Positions 63,362-64,000 of a stretch of 64,000 nucleotides of DNA are shown here, one piece after another. The notes below the pieces were generated by a model that was not told where the DNA came from, did no database searches, and saw only the letters and a list, made by a program, of their open reading frames with translations. The position numbers and the translations under genes were made by a program. Source of the DNA: Gracilinanus agilis (Eukaryota); the NCBI RefSeq assembly GCF_016433145.1, contig NC_058130.1, positions 165,682,703 through 165,746,702 on the forward strand, in the 5' to 3' direction. Each line of letters begins with the position of its first letter. The stretch's first letter is position 1.

Positions 63362-64000
63362 CCTTAATTACATTCTGATACTACATGATTTTCTCTGTTA
63401 AAGTCCTCCTCTGATGCCTTTCATTGTCATGGAGGAGACCCCATATTCCTAGAGGCTATGTCAGTTGAGTACAAGCTTTGACAGCTCTTAATAAGAAAAG
63501 GTTTCACACACAGGCTCAGAGATACCCCATGTATTTGTAGTTGGAGATCCAGCCTTTATAAATTCCACAAAGTTAATTACTCGATGCTTAACCACCTCCT
63601 GACTTTTTTGGTCACAATTTATGAGGAGAGAGTGGAGCCTCTCAGTCTCCTAAGACATTTTGGAATCTTTGTTGATAGGTAGAGTGCTTATACTAATGGA
63701 ATAATGAATCTATTATAAAGTTTGAAATACATTTTAGCCAGTCAGTCAACATGGATTCATTAAGTACCTGTGTGCCAGACTCTGTGCTAAGTAATGGGCA
63801 CATAAAGGCAAAAACTAGTCCTTGTCCTCAAGAGCTCGGTGTAATGGGGGAAACATGCAAATAAAAAGGCACAAATAAGATCTATGCAGGTTAAATTGGG
63901 GAGTCTCTGAGGGAAGGCACCAAGATTGAAAGGAAAGGTGTTTTTTTTTTTTAAACCTTACCTTCTGTCCTAGAATCAATACCAAGTATCAGTTCCTAGG

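Overview
Vertebrate genomic DNA, most likely marsupial: the abundant CORE-SINEs resemble opossum (Monodelphis) SINE1/MAR1 elements. Gene order matches the human 9p13.3 cluster as I recall it. ARID3C (minus strand, 5 coding exons, runs off the window start) is followed by SIGMAR1 (minus, complete, 4 exons, 223 aa), GALT (plus, complete, 11 exons, 372 aa) and IL11RA (plus, first 6 coding exons, remainder beyond the window end). All exon boundaries were read by hand from GT/AG sites with phase continuity. The ~27 kb between SIGMAR1 and GALT is a repeat graveyard: solo LTRs, a gammaretroviral-type env relic, L1/L2 pieces, a hAT MITE and a 146-N gap. It also holds an orphan CpG-rich promoter-like region and a near-perfect 76-nt hairpin. 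The most unusual observations are: an exact 24-nt element beside GA repeats, shared in inverted orientation between the ARID3C promoter and IL11RA intron 1; a phase-0 GALT exon 10 / IL11RA ATG-exon geometry that allows an in-frame read-through fusion; several candidate poison splice sites in GALT and ARID3C; and a uORF-bearing alternative first exon of IL11RA. No prokaryotic features or CRISPR arrays were seen. Comparisons to human sequences are from memory and need alignment; repeat boundaries without TSDs are approximate.
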